Origin: Phyllobates terribilis
Taxonomy: Eukaryota
Direction of reading: 5' to 3'
Assembly (NCBI RefSeq): GCF_046119375.1
Contig: NW_027362816.1
Location: forward strand, 2,976,001 to 3,040,000
Length of the DNA: 64,000 nucleotides
Positions 51,840-64,000 of this stretch are shown piece after piece (positions within the stretch are counted from its first letter, which is position 1; every line of letters begins with the position of its first letter). The notes beneath the pieces are model-generated. The model did no database searches. It had not been told where the DNA came from and saw nothing but the letters and a program-made list of their open reading frames with translations. The position numbers were made by a program, and so were the translations under genes.

Positions 51840-54800
51840 GCCAGAGTCACTGGTATGGTATATGAAGGGAGGTATGTGTCACACTGGTTGCTAGCCTATG
51901 TGAACTAGAACCAATAAACTTTCTGCCAGCATTTTATATGCTGGGGGTTAACTCTTAAAAAGCGTGGTTTTATCGGAATGACAGAGATGGGAGGGATGTC
52001 ATTCCCCATACCTCCACCTCAGGGTGTGGCTGAACAATGTTTAAATGTTCAGTCCTGGTTTTTTTTCTCTGTTGTGAGTTTGGAGTGGCAAAGACTCCAG
52101 ACTGGAAGACCACAGCTCAGAGAGGAGCTGAATGCTGGGACTACAACCTGTGTGGCTAATCCCACACTGCTATGGACTGTGCTTTCGTTTATCTTTTGTT
52201 TTGTTGTTTTGCCAGTAAGGCTGTGTTTAGTTTTGCTGGAGCTGCGGAGATTTATGGCACTAAATAAAGGCTGCAGAGAAAACACGGTTCCTGAGTCTAC
52301 TTCCGGAAGCGACCAAGTGAGGCGTTTTATCTTACCACAGCTGGTGGAGAATGCGGGCAAGATTCCAGGAACACGTGTACCTGCTACAGAGACCGGTGGA
52401 TTTCTTGGGTGAAGGCTGCCAGCCAGCAGGAGACGTCCGGCACCATGGAAGAGCTAATTAAGCACCTGGTGCAGAGCCAGCAGACCATGCAGTAGCAGCA
52501 GTTGCAGAGCATGCAGCAGAGAATGCAACAGCAGCACCGTGAGCAGCTACAGCAGCAACAAGAGACCACTAAGCTGCTGATACAACAAGTTCAGCTCCAG
52601 AAACCGCAGCAACAGGATCAGCATCACCAATAACAGCAGATCGAGTTACTTTTAGAGGCGATCCGTGGCAAGGCGACGGCTTCCGTCAAGTCCAAGTGAT
52701 GATGCATACATCAGGAAGACGGTAAGGAAAGCGTTACAGAAGATGACCCCGGGGCATGATATTGAGGTGTTCCTGACTGTTTTTGAGAGGGTAGCGGAAC
52801 GGGAGAAATTGCCGCTGGAGCAGTGGGTGGAGGTTCTGGCGCCATATTTGACTGGGGACCCGCAGAAGGCTTATTACAATTTGACATTACAGGACGCAAA
52901 GGAATATGCCAAATTAAAAACCAAAATATTGGCACGCTCAGGAGTGACTATGTCTGTCAGAGCACAAAGGGTCCACCACTGGGCGTATGCTGGCGACAGA
53001 CCTCCACGCTCACAAATGTTTGACTTGTTACATCTTGTCCAGAAATGGCTGCAGCCAGAGTCTTCCTCTCCTGCCCAGATGGTTGAGCGTGTGGTAATGG
53101 ACAGGTTCATCCATTCCCTACCCAGGCCGGTGCAGACCTGGGTTGCCCAGGGCGACCGTCGGAATGCAGACGACCTCATAGGTCTTGTAGAGAGATTCCA
53201 AGTGGTTGAAAAATCCCTGGGGATACCCGAGATAGCCAGCTCCCCTTACTGGAGTGCCCAAAAGGGAGTGGGTTCACCACGGAAGGGGTTAAGAGCCACA
53301 ACTGGGGGCATTCCACTTCCACTGAAGGGGCTGCAAGGTCTGTTGTGAAGGATGTGACCTGTTGGCGATGTCGCAATCCGGAACACGTAGCCACCCAGTG
53401 TCATACGTCTGCTGAGCCAATGGACTGCAGTCTAGGGAGACGATGTTCATACTATGCTTACCCAGCCTGCAGTGTGGACTGTCAACCCGGCGAGGGGCCG
53501 CAGGTGTGTGCCGTGTCCGTTAAAGGAGTGATGAACCTAGTGACCTCGATCAGTGCCACCCTTCCCCACCAGCTGATCCCCGCCAGATCTTTGGGCATCC
53601 GCTCCATACATGGGGATGCCAAGAACTACCCGGTGGCCAGAGTGACAGTCGAAACAGACTGTGGCGCCCAATCCCACGAGGTCGGGTTGGTCAAGGACCT
53701 GATACATTCCGTCATATTGGGGCACGATTTTCCCTTGTTCTGGGATTTGTGGGGGAAGGGATCCAGACTCCATCACGGAGACAAAAGCCAGGACCCTAGA
53801 AATACCTCGGTCGACATTGGAAGTGGATCGGTTTCCACTGTGTGTCCTTGTCGGTGAGGACGAGACTGTGACTGAGGAGGCCGACCTCCCTGAGTTAGAG
53901 GTGCCCGGAGAGAACTTTGGGGCAGCTCAAGTTCGGGACTTGACCTTGAAAGGGGCGTGGGACAATGTTACGGTTTGTAATGGTGTTGCTCAAGAGTCGG
54001 GGGCGGTACCCACACTTTGCAATTCAGGGGGTACCAGGTAACCAAACAAAGGTGAAGAGGTAGTGGAACAGCTGTTAGTTCCTGGGCCATACCGTCGGAG
54101 GGTATTAGATATGGCCCACTCACATATTCTAGGGGGGGGGGGGGGACACCTAGGGGTTGAAAAAACTCAGGAGCGAATAGTGAGGAGGTTTTATTGGCCA
54201 GGATGCTACCGGGAGATCTTAAACTATTGTAGGTCCTGCCCCACCTGCCAGATAACCGAGTCCACCTCCCAAGTCCGTAGTCCCTTAGTTCCACTACCTG
54301 TGATAGAAGTTCTCTTTGAGAAGATTGCCATGTACCTCGTGGGTCCCTTAATTAAATCGGCCCAGGGCCATCAATACATCTTGGTCGTCATGGACTATGC
54401 GACCCGGTACCCCGAAGGGGTACCCTTACGGAACTTAGCTCGGGAACTTGTCAACATCTTTGCTAGGACCGGCCTGCTGAAGGAAATCCTGACGGACCAA
54501 GGAACCCCATTCATGAGCAAGGTGATGAAGGAGCTGTGCAAAGTGCTTTAGATCAGGGTTCCCCAACTCCAGTCCTCAAGGCCCACCAACAGGTCATGTT
54601 TTCAGGATTTCCTTAGTATTGCACAGGTGATGGAATTATTGCCTGTGCAGGTGATGGAATTATCACCTGTGTAATACTAAGGAAATCCTGAAAACATGAC
54701 CTGTTGGTGGGCCTTGAGGACTGGAGTTGGGGAACCCTGCTTTAGATTACTCAGCTGCGAACCTGCGTTTGCCATCTGCAAACTGATGGCCTGGTGGAGC

Positions 54801-55017
54801 GCTTCAATAAGACCCTGAAAGCGATGCTCAAAAAGGTCATTGAGAAGGATGGTTGAGACTGGGACTACTTGCTTCCGTTTCTACTTTTCTCCGTCAGAGA
54901 AGTTCCCCAAGCCTTCACTGGCTTCTCTCCATTCGAGCTTCTATATGGCCGGCATCCAAGGGGTCTCCTAGACATCTCCAAGGAAACCTGGGAGGCCGAG
55001 ATCACGCCCCACCGGAG
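51840..55017 (+). mobile_element. Gmr1-like Gypsy, 3'-truncated
   Basis: LTR end TTACCACA at 52339. PBS TGGTGGAGAATGCGGGCA (52342..52359) is complementary to a tRNA-Ala 3' end. SCAN-like gag 52665..53348, PR region, then IN (GHLGVEKT..RFYWPG...CRSCPTCQ; ILTDQG). LTR start approximate. Confidence 0.85.
54554..54739. mobile_element. 186-bp palindromic hAT MITE
   Basis: Near-perfect fold-back CAGGGTTCCCCAACTCCAGTCC... / ...GGACTGGAGTTGGGGAACCCTG, perfect TSD CTTTAGAT. Confidence 0.95.
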
Positions 55018-55199
55018 ATAACATCTGCGTGACAGCATGGAAAATCAGGGATGTTCGTGGGCAGAGCCGATTTTTTTGGCGCGAACAAGTCGGAACCCCG
55101 AATACGAACCCGAATTTCACATGCCGAACAAATTGGCTCAAGACTAACCATGACCTTGTCGTCCTTTTTTTCCTGCAGTAGACAAGTCTGCTTTTTTGC

Positions 55200-58100
55200 A
55201 CTCAAGTCCTAAGAATGACTGAACCCTCTGTCGTTCCAGTTTTGATTTTTATAGGTTTAGCAGTCATCCCAGCCTGGTCAGAATGGTTCTGATTGTTATC
55301 AGTTGACAACTGCAGTGCTCTATTGACCTGCCTACCACTAGAATATCGTCCAAGTAGAGGATTTATTAGGGTATTCTGCTACCGGAGATGCACTGCGACT
55401 TCTATATAATTTTTGTAAATACCCTCAGAGCCATAGATAGGCCAAAGGGTAGCGCTCTGTACTAGAAGTGCCCGACTTGTTCGTTTATATACAAGGCCAC
55501 CCTCAAGAATTTCTGTTCTTCCATATAGATTGGGATGTGTTCATAGGCATCCTTCACATCTAGCAATCTCATATAAAACACTCTGGAAATAGCATTTTAT
55601 GGTCTCCATTTTGAAGGGCCAGTAGACTAGAAATTTGTTCACCCCTTTCTTTCAAGTTCACTATGGTCCTGAAGGTGCCATCTGTTTTTTTTTTATTAGG
55701 AATAGGGGGAATAGAATCCCTTCCCCTGCTCCTGCACTGGCACCTCTGGGAAATTCTCTTATCTCCTGCCTAGTCCAGTATATCATCTAGTACCCGTCCA
55801 AAGAGAAATTCTCCTTCGCATGGAATTGGGCATAGCTTGACCTTGGACTGAACATCTCCCGGCCAGCTCTTGAGCCATAGTGCTCTAAGTGCAGCTTTTT
55901 ATAGGTTTGCCGATCTGTTTGCAAACATCACTGAGTCTGTCGAGGCGTTTGCGAGGAAAGTAGCTGCTCCTTGAATTATATCCTTAGGGACGTTGTTCTT
56001 AATCTTATCCTCTAACTGCTGTAACCAAATCATCATGGATCTGGCCATGCAGGTTGCCCAAACTGCTGGTTTTATTGCCCCTTCTGAAGACTTCCATATC
56101 TGCTTCAGATACACATCCACTTTTTTATCAAGAGGATCTTCAAAGGGCAGGGTAGATCTTTTGGTTGACTTGGCCACCGCCATGTCTATTTTAGGGGTTT
56201 TGTCCCACATGGCTGCTTCTTCCTCATCAAACAGACACCTCCTTTTGGATGACGACGGCAGTGGATCCTTTTTCTCAGGCTTCCTTCATTCCCTATTAAT
56301 GAGCATTTCAATTCTTTCACTAACCGGAAATATGCAATTTTTCTTTTATACCAAACCCCCGAAACATAATGTCCTGGACTGTTCTTGGGGTTTTAGTATC
56401 TGACATGCCCATAGTAGTTCTTTACCAACTTATCTGTGTCTTCTGTAGGAAAACACGGCCTCCCCCCTGTATCACTATCAGAGGATGAGGAAGAAGAGGA
56501 GTCCGATTCGTCTCTATCCTCAGATATTACAGACTCTTCTGAATCAGCGGCCTGCTGTTTGGGTCTTTTCTCCCTTTTACCACTTTCCTGCTGAATCAGT
56601 GAATTAATGGAGTCTGTAACTTCTATCCTAATTATGGATTTTAAATCCATGGCAAAGTTGGGGGGTTTCTTCAGAGGTGGTCTTCAGAATACAAGAATCT
56701 CTTCATATATGTGCTGGGTAAGTTATCGCCGCACATTCTTTATCTTTTAGCTTGGCGCTACACCTCTTAGGCCCCTCCTAGCAAAGAACACAGAGAGAAA
56801 AGGACCTATTCAACATGATGAACATATACGAAGATCACTCACCACTCTGCCGTTCAGTCTAGGGTACCGGAGATGGAGGCTGGATCAGTTCACATGACCG
56901 TTCTCCCCTGGACGTGGTCGACTCACAAACTGCCTTGTTCTTCTGGTTAATCTGTCACTTGTACAGCTGTCACTGCTGCGTCTCTGACGATAACGCAGCT
57001 GCCGTGGTGGCTGTGGCTGCTGCTACGCCTCCAGCATATCCATGGCATCAAGAGGAAATCTAGCGTAGTATAGTTACCCATCATATGAAGGTGACCTTGT
57101 CGCAGTTGATGGGCACACATAAATTGGCCAAATTATGCGCAAAGAACCTTCATTTTTCAAAGTGACATTAGTCTAGATACTATATTTCTTATATATTCAT
57201 GTATGGAGTGCCGAAGTTTTCTGCTATTTAGATTATGTTTTTCTTCAGAGCACCCGAATAGACCAGTGAGCGACCCCTTTCTTTTCTATTAATCAATTTT
57301 GGGATCCCGCTCCTGGAGCATTGCAGCAGGTACGTGTTCACACTATTAGAAGTTTGATAGCCTTTTTTCTGACCATGTGTCCCTCCCATTCAGTCACAGG
57401 TGGTTTTAACTAGCTCTACCAGCCCATACATTGTAGGTTAAAAGCCCAGCAGAGACATATTGTCCATGCAGGCTTGCAGCCCAAGAGTGGCATATCCAGT
57501 GGTAGCGTAGTATAGTTACCCATCATACGAAGGTGACCTTGTCACGGTTGATGGGCACACATAAATTGGCCAAATTATGCGCAAAGAACCTTCATTTTTC
57601 AAAGTGACATTAGTCTAGATACTGTATTTCTTATATATTCATGTATGGAGTGCCGAAGTTTTCTGCTATCAAGAGGAAAGCTGCCGGCCTCCACCATCTG
57701 GTGGTCAACCGTCCACTATATACCGGACGGACGCCACAGCTCCAGCGTCTGCTGCCGACCTCCCCCCAGAAATCTCGCATTATTTCCGGGTCAGACTTTT
57801 CCTTCCAGCGAGCGGTGTGAAGGGAGCATACCGGCGAGCCCTGTTCATAAACAGCCCCTGCATTTTACTGCCGCATTGCTTTCTGGCACACTTCCTCAGC
57901 AGGGCGCGCTAGATATCCCACTAGTGCGCCTCGCGCTTGCGCAGATCTTGGTTGCCATAACTCCAGCGCACTCAACACGGGGTACGCCAACCACGTTCAA
58001 CAAAGTGGTCATGCAACTGCACACCCCAACGTCCTGGCCAGCGGTAGTGTCTCCAGATCTGTCAGCATCCCAGATCCTTGCAGACACCAACCAGACTTGG

Positions 58101-58255
58101 GTAAGTTCAATTGTACCGTTACTTTACTCTCTAGGTTCCTTCAAGGACCGGAAACCATATTGATGAAAAGGAGAGGTACAACCCTTTTGTTCAGTAGGTT
58201 TCCTGTCCTTGATTAGTGGATACCCTCTCTCTCAGGTGGTGCTGTCATGGGAGAA
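55200..58255 (-). mobile_element. DIRS remnant (gag-like ORF1 and terminus)
   Basis: ORFs 55899..56210 (PKIDMAVA...PFEDPLDKK) and 56393..56650, terminus GGTTTCCTGTCCTTG...GGTGCTGTCATGGG at 58196..58250. Further DIRS-like debris at ~50300..51100. Confidence 0.7.
57059..57667. mobile_element. 609-bp insertion with 167-bp terminal direct repeats and a 12-bp TSD
   Basis: Repeats 57061..57227 and 57503..57669, TSD ATCAAGAGGAAA at 57047..57058 and 57668..57679. Confidence 0.8.
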
Positions 58256-58339
58256 GGGGAAAAACAAGACTGACCACAAGACCATCACAGCCGTCTACAC
58301 ATCATAGGGGAGATCTCATGACACCTTCTCTCCATCTAC

Positions 58340-60181
58340 CTGATGATCCTGAGGAACATTGGGGTCTTCTTGTTTACAGTCCTGTGGAAGAAGAGGACGG
58401 GGACATCTCTCTGGTGTTGTCCTCTTACTGGATAGATCTGGAGGAAACACATACAGGGACTGAATTCATTCTTTACATACAGATAATTATAGGCCGTGTG
58501 GTTTTAGCCCTGTCTATTACCTGGTGATGTGAGGGGCTGGGGAACCTCCATCATGATGTCCTTGTACAGATCTTTGTGTCCTTCTAAATACTCCCACTCC
58601 TCCATGGAGAAATAGACAGCGACATCCTGACATCTTATAGGAACCTGACACATACAATGATACCGTCATCCCCCCGATCCCTCCATAGCGTTACTGTATA
58701 ATGTCCCAGCATTCCCAGCAGTGTCACCTCTCCAGTCAGCAGCTCAATCATCTTGTAGGTGAGTTCTAGGATCTTCTGGTCATTGATGTCCTCATGTATC
58801 AGGGGGTGAGGTGGAGGCCCCGTGATTGGGCTCAGGGGTCTTCCCCATCCCTCAGACACAGGGTCCTGACAGCGCCCACTAGAGGTCTTCTTCACTACTG
58901 TGTAATCCTGGTTATGGAGAGACACATTAATAAATCTCACTACAGACATTTCCAGAGTCCTCAACTCTCCAGTTCTATCCATCTGTTATTCCCATAGATA
59001 AGAATGATGTAATGTGACGCCATCAGAATCCAGGGGCGGAACTACTGCCCGTGCAGCCCGTTCATTGAACGGGGGCCCCGAGGGAGAGGGGGCCCCTCCA
59101 GCAGGGCCGCCATCAGGGCATGACTGCCCTGACTCCAGTATGGGGCCCAGCTGGTAGGGGCCCCCTCGGAGCCCCGTTGGGGGGCCCCCCTCTTGTGCAT
59201 CTCTCTCATGGGGCCCCCAGCCCCATGCTAAGCGCCGGGTCCGGGACATATGAGCGCTGCGCTGCTGCGCCTTCATGATTCCCCTGACTTCCGGTCATGT
59301 GAAGGCGCCGTCACATGGCCGGAAGTCAGGAGAACCTGGTGTCAGCGATTTGGACGAGCGCCAGGATTCTGCAAGGATCGCATGGGGGTAAGTATAACAA
59401 GTTTTATTTTTTTTTTAAATACAATTAACTAGGAGTGGGGGGAGATGAGAGCTGCCCACGTGGGGGGGGGGGTGAGAGCTGCCCACGTGGGGGGGGGGGT
59501 GAGAGCTGCCCACGTGAGGGGGGGGGTGAGAGCTGCCCACGTGAGGGGGGGGCGAGAGCTGCCCACGTGAGGGGGGGGGGCGAGAGCTGCCCACGTGAGG
59601 GGGGGGGGCGAGAGCTGCCCACGTGAGGGGGGGGGGCGAGAGCTGCCCACGTGAGGGGGGGGCGAGAGCTGCCCACGTGAGGGGGGGGCGAGAGCTGCCC
59701 ACGTGAGGGGGGGGCGAGAGCTGCCCACGTGAGGGGGGGGCGAGAGCTGCCCACGTGAGGGGGGGGGCGAGAGCTGCCCACGTGAGAGGGGGGGGCGAGA
59801 GCTGCCCACGTGAGGGGGGGGCGAGAGCTGCCCACGTGAGGGGGGGGCGAGAGCTGCCCACGTGAGGGGGGGGCGAGAGCTGCCCACGTGAGGGGGGGGC
59901 GAGAGCTGCCCACGTGAGGGGGGGGCGAGAGCTGCCCACGTGAGGGGGGGTGAGAGCTGCACACGTGAGGGGGAGTGAGAGCTGCACATGGGGGGGTTAT
60001 GTTTACATAACTTTGTTACCTTATGAAGGGCAGGGGGGCCCCCAAAAATTTCTTGCACAGGGGCCCACTACAGTCTGTGTCCGCCCCTGTCAGAATCTCT
60101 CACCTCTCCAGTAAGCCGGAAGAGGATCTCTAGGGTGAGGTGGAATATCCTCTCCGCCATCTTCTTCTTCTCCTTCTCCAT
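58340..60181 (-). pseudogene. ZNF paralog C: FAX/KRAB-like exons 1-4 only
   Basis: Exons 60104..60181, 58728..58907, 58521..58644, 58340..58437 are open with intact splice sites. Intron 4 homology stops at ~58261 against a DIRS terminus, and no exon 5 or finger exon was found between 42196 and 58260. Confidence 0.75.
59031..60089. mobile_element. hAT MITE with E-box minisatellite in intron 1 of copy C
   Basis: TIRs CAGGGGCGGA / TCCGCCCCTG, perfect TSD TCAGAATC. About 20 units of GAGAGCTGCCCACGTGAG(G)n at 59450..59980. Confidence 0.93.
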
Positions 60182-60437
60182 CCACTAAGGTGTAAGGTAA
60201 ATTTTCTAGAAGATGGAAGATAATGATGAGAACGACTGAATCTACAGGATCCTAAATGGAAGGAAGATGGCTGCTCTGTGGCCCAGGAGCTGTGATGAGG
60301 TCACAGGAGGGGAGGAGTCAGGGGTCACATGATCAGGGGCCTCAGTGGATGCAGGACTCTGCTGTGCTGGTTGTCATGGTGCTGGATGAGCTGAAGTTTA
60401 TGTGTGGGGTCAGGAGGGGTTTACAGTGTGGATGTAG

Positions 60438-62049
60438 CAGAGCCGTGTGTGTACGAGGTGTACGGAGCAGAGCCGTGTGTGTGCGAGGTGTACGGAGCAG
60501 AGCCGCGTGTGTACGAGGTGTACGGAGCGGAGCCACGTGTGTACGAGGTGTACGGAGCAGAGCCGTGTGTGTACGAGGCGTACGGAGCAGAGCCGTGTGT
60601 GTACGAGGTGTACGGAGCAGAGCCGTGTGTGTACGAGGTGTACGGAGCGGAGCCGTGTGTGTACGAGGTGTACGGAGCGGAGCCGCGTGTGTACGAGGCG
60701 TACGGAGCGGAGCCGCGTGTGTACGAGGCGTACGGAGCGGAGCCGCGTGTGTACGAGGCGTACGGAGCGGAGCCGCGTGTGTACGAGGTGTACGGAGCAG
60801 AGCCGCGTGTGTACGAGGTGTACGGAGCAGAGCCGCGTGTGTACGAGGTGTACGGAGCAGAGCCGTGTGTGTACGAGGTGTACGGAGCAGAGCCGCGTGT
60901 GTACGAGGTGTACGGAGCGGAGCCGAGTGTGTACGAGGCGTACGGAGCGGAGCCGCGTGTGTACGAGGTGTACGGAGCAGAGCCGTGTGTGTACGAGGTG
61001 TACGGAGCAGAGCCGCGTGTGTACGAGGTGTACGGAGCGGAGCCGCGTGTGTACGAGGTGTACGGAGCGGAACCGCACGTGTACGAGGTGTACGGAGCAG
61101 AGCCGTGTGTGTACGAGGTGTACGGCGCTGAGCCGCCTGTGTACGAGGTGTACGGAGCGGAGCCGCGTGTGTACGAGGTGTACGTAGCGGAGCCGCGCGT
61201 GTACGAGGCGTACGGAGCAAAGCCGCATGTGTGCGAGGCGTACGGAGCGGAGCCGCGTGTGTGCGAGGCGTACGGAGCGGAGCCGCTTGTGTACGAGGTG
61301 TACGGAGCGGAGCCGCGCGTGTACGAGGCGTACGGAGCAAAGCCGCATGTGTGCGAGGCGTACGGAGCGGAGCCGCGTGTGTGCGAGGCGTACGGAGCGG
61401 AGCCGCTTGTGTACGGAGCGGAACCGCACGTGTACGAGGTGTACGGAGCAGAGCCGTGTGTGTACGAGGTGTACGGAGCAGAGCCGCGTGTGTACGAGCC
61501 GTACGGAGCGGAGCCACGCGTGTACGAGCCGTACGGAGCGGAGCCGCGCGTCTGCGAGGCGTACGGAGCGGAGCCGCGCGTGTACGAGGCGTACGGAGCG
61601 GGGCCACGTGTGTACGAGGTGTACGGAGCAGAGCCGCGTGTGTACGAGGCGTACAGAGCAAAGCCGCGTGTGTGCGAGGCGTACGGAGCGGAGCCGCGTG
61701 TGTGCGAGGCGTACAGAGCGGAGCCGCGTGTGTGCGAGGCGTACAGAGCGGAGCCGCGTGTGCACGAGGTGTACGCAGCGGGGCCACGTGTGTACGAGGC
61801 GTACGGAGCAGAGCTGCGTGTGTACGAGGCGTACGGAGCAAAGCCGCGTGTGTACGAGGCGTACGAAGCAGAGCCGCGTGTGTGCGAGATGTTCGGAGCG
61901 GAGCCGCGTGTGTACGAGGTGTACGGAGCGGAGCCGCGTGTGTACGAGGTGTGCGGAGCGGAGCCGCGTGTGTGCGAGGTGTACGGAGCGGAGCCGCGTG
62001 TGTACGAGGTGTACGGAGCGGGGCCACGTGTGTACGAGGTGTACGGAGA
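60438..62049. repeat. CpG-rich 30-bp VNTR, ~54 heterogeneous units
   Basis: Same family as 29761..30030, with identical flanks. Confidence 0.97.
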
Positions 62050-62303
62050 GGAGTATCCCTATTTATCTATCTGCACCCTCTGAATAGAGCGAGTTCTGCG
62101 TCACTAAGATGAATGATGATGGGAGTGTATGTGCATGAAGGAAGCTGTCAGTTTCTATGCACCTTCACTTACTTCACTATGGCTGTATACATGTTTGTAT
62201 GTATTTCAGCCATTAACTCCTTGTTCGGTCTAAGATGATGTAAGGTGGCTTTCGGACACACAGTTGATGGGAGGTATATATCACAGAGGTGGTTGTCCTA
62301 GAC

Positions 62304-63850
62304 CAGGGGTCTCAAACTCAGCTGGGCATATGGGCCGCACATGGAAAAACATTTAATTTGGGGGGCCGCATTATTTGCATGACAAAGTGACATTTTTAGT
62401 GATACCATTTTATTTTCTATACACCTTTTGAACTGGTCCTCATCTTGCAGACATGGTCTCCCCTCCAGGTCCCCCATATTGCAGACATGGTCTCCCCTCC
62501 AGGTCCGCCATATTGCAGACATGGTCTCCCCTCCAGGTCCCCCATATTGCAGACATGGTCCCCCATCCAGGTCCCCCATCCAGCAGACATGGTCTCCCAT
62601 CCAGGTCCTCCATATTGCCAACATGGTCCCCCATATTGCAGACGTGGCCTTCATATTGCAGACATGGTCCCCCATCCAGGTCCCCCATCCAGCAGACATG
62701 GTCTCCCATCCAGGTCCTCCATATTGCAGACATGGTCCCCCATATTGCCGACATGGTCCCCCATCCAGGTCCCCCATATTGCAGACATGGCCTTCATATT
62801 GCAGACATGGTCCCCATATTGCAGACATGGTCCCCCATCCAGGTCCCCCATATCGCAGACATGGCCTTCATATTGCAGACATGGTCCCCCATCCAGGTCC
62901 CCCCATATTGCAGACATGGTCCCCCATCCAGGTCCCCCATATTGCAGACATGGTCCCCCATATTACAGACATGGTCCCCCATCCTGGTCCTTATGTTGCA
63001 GACATGTCCCCCATCCAGGTCCCCATGTTGCAGACATGTCCCCCATCCAGGTGTCCCCCCCATACTGCGCACATGGCCGCCCCCCCCCATACTGCGCACA
63101 GGGTCCCCGTCCCCCCATATTGCACTCAGGGTCCCCATCCCCCCATACTGCACTCAGGGTCCCCGCCCCCCCCCATACAGCGCTCAGGGTCCCAGCCCAC
63201 CCCATACAGCGCTCAGGATCCTCGTCCCCCCCCATACTGCGCTCAGGGTCCCCGTCCCCCGCCATACAGCGCTCATGGTCCCCGTCCCCCCATACTGCAC
63301 TCAGGGTCCCCCCCCATACTGCGCTCATGGTCCCCGTCCCCCTATACTGCGCTCAGGGTCCCCGTCCCCCCATACTGCACACGGTGCTCCCCTCCCTATA
63401 CTGAGCACAGGTCCCCTGTGCTGTATTTGACATGACAGAGAAAAAAATATATATATATTCTCACCTGTCCTCCGTTCCCTCGGCGTCCTTTCTGCACCTG
63501 TGGCCCGCAGGCACAGACCCCGTAACGATCGCGGCTTTCTCCAGCAGCCGCCAATATCAGCGCTGTAGTGCAGTGTATTGCCGCGCAGAGACCGGCTCTC
63601 TGCACAGCAATACCAGTGCCAGCCACCGACCTATCAGAGGCCAGCAGCTGACATCTGTACATGGCAGTGACGTCACACGTCGCCGCGCTGGGACGCAGAG
63701 GTCAGCTGCTGGCCTCTGATAGGCCGGTGGCTGGCACTGATATTGCTGTGCAGATAGACGGTCTCTGCACGGCAATACACTGCAATACAGCGCTGATATC
63801 GGCGGCTGCTGGAGAGAGCCGCGATCATTACGGGGTCTATGTGCCGCATC
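62304..63850. mobile_element. Duplicated copy of the 30276 hAT MITE, right TIR deleted
   Basis: Same left junction GTCCTAGAC|CAGGGGTCTCAAAC. The right end is joined directly to TTTATGAAGAACC. Confidence 0.88.
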
Positions 63851-64000
63851 GGTTTATGAAGAACCAATAACCCAGCAAGGACATATAAATGGAAACGGTT
63901 CCCGTGTTACCTCACCACGCACCCAAGTGAGTAGCATTCCCACAATGGGTGTTAGAAATACGGGCAGAGTTCCCAGGGAACACGTGTGACTGCTACAGAG

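Larger units (their letters stand above)
58261..64000 (+). other. Segmental duplication of ~28644..32130
   Basis: Colinear exons 1-4, upstream module, VNTR, MITE junction and LTR end/PBS (63850..64000 matches 31985..32130). Runs off the window end. Confidence 0.92.

Noticed and set aside
55899-56650. Host LAP2alpha-like protein
   Set aside because: The fragments lie next to a DIRS terminus and match the gag-like ORF1 pattern also seen at 16235..16486 and 21908..22144. No host exon structure is present.
57205-57255. Functional hammerhead ribozyme
   Set aside because: Core-like CTGAAGA/GAAA and a stem I are present, but stem II does not pair and stem III is minimal. Kept only as a hypothesis in the findings.

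Overview
Eukaryotic, almost certainly anuran (frog) genomic DNA: a transposon-saturated tandem cluster of minus-strand C2H2 zinc-finger genes of the Xenopus XlCOF/FAX type (FAX boxes with a KRAB-A-like exon). Gene A (CDS 29503->11876, 6 exons, 617 aa, 12 fingers) and gene B (42126->37913, 6 exons, 590 aa, 12 fingers) reconstruct as open, correctly phased gene models. Copy C (60181->58340) keeps only exons 1-4. About 28.6-32.1 kb is segmentally duplicated at 58.3-64 kb. Each paralog has the same upstream module followed by a CpG-rich 30-bp VNTR of very different length. Mobile content: four Tc1-type elements plus a fragment (one near-intact DD38E/Intruder-type), a full-length chromodomain Gypsy with a Tf1-like self-priming signature, two Gmr1-like (SCAN-gag) Gypsy remnants, solo LTRs, two DIRS remnants, L2, CR1, a V-SINE, a piggyBac-like element, and many hAT MITEs carrying minisatellites. 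The most notable item is an intact-frame F-type lectin retrocopy in intron 5 of gene B. Its start and stop codons come from its own target-site duplication, and it could act as an in-frame alternative last exon. All coordinates, exon models and counts were read by eye, and no database searches were run.
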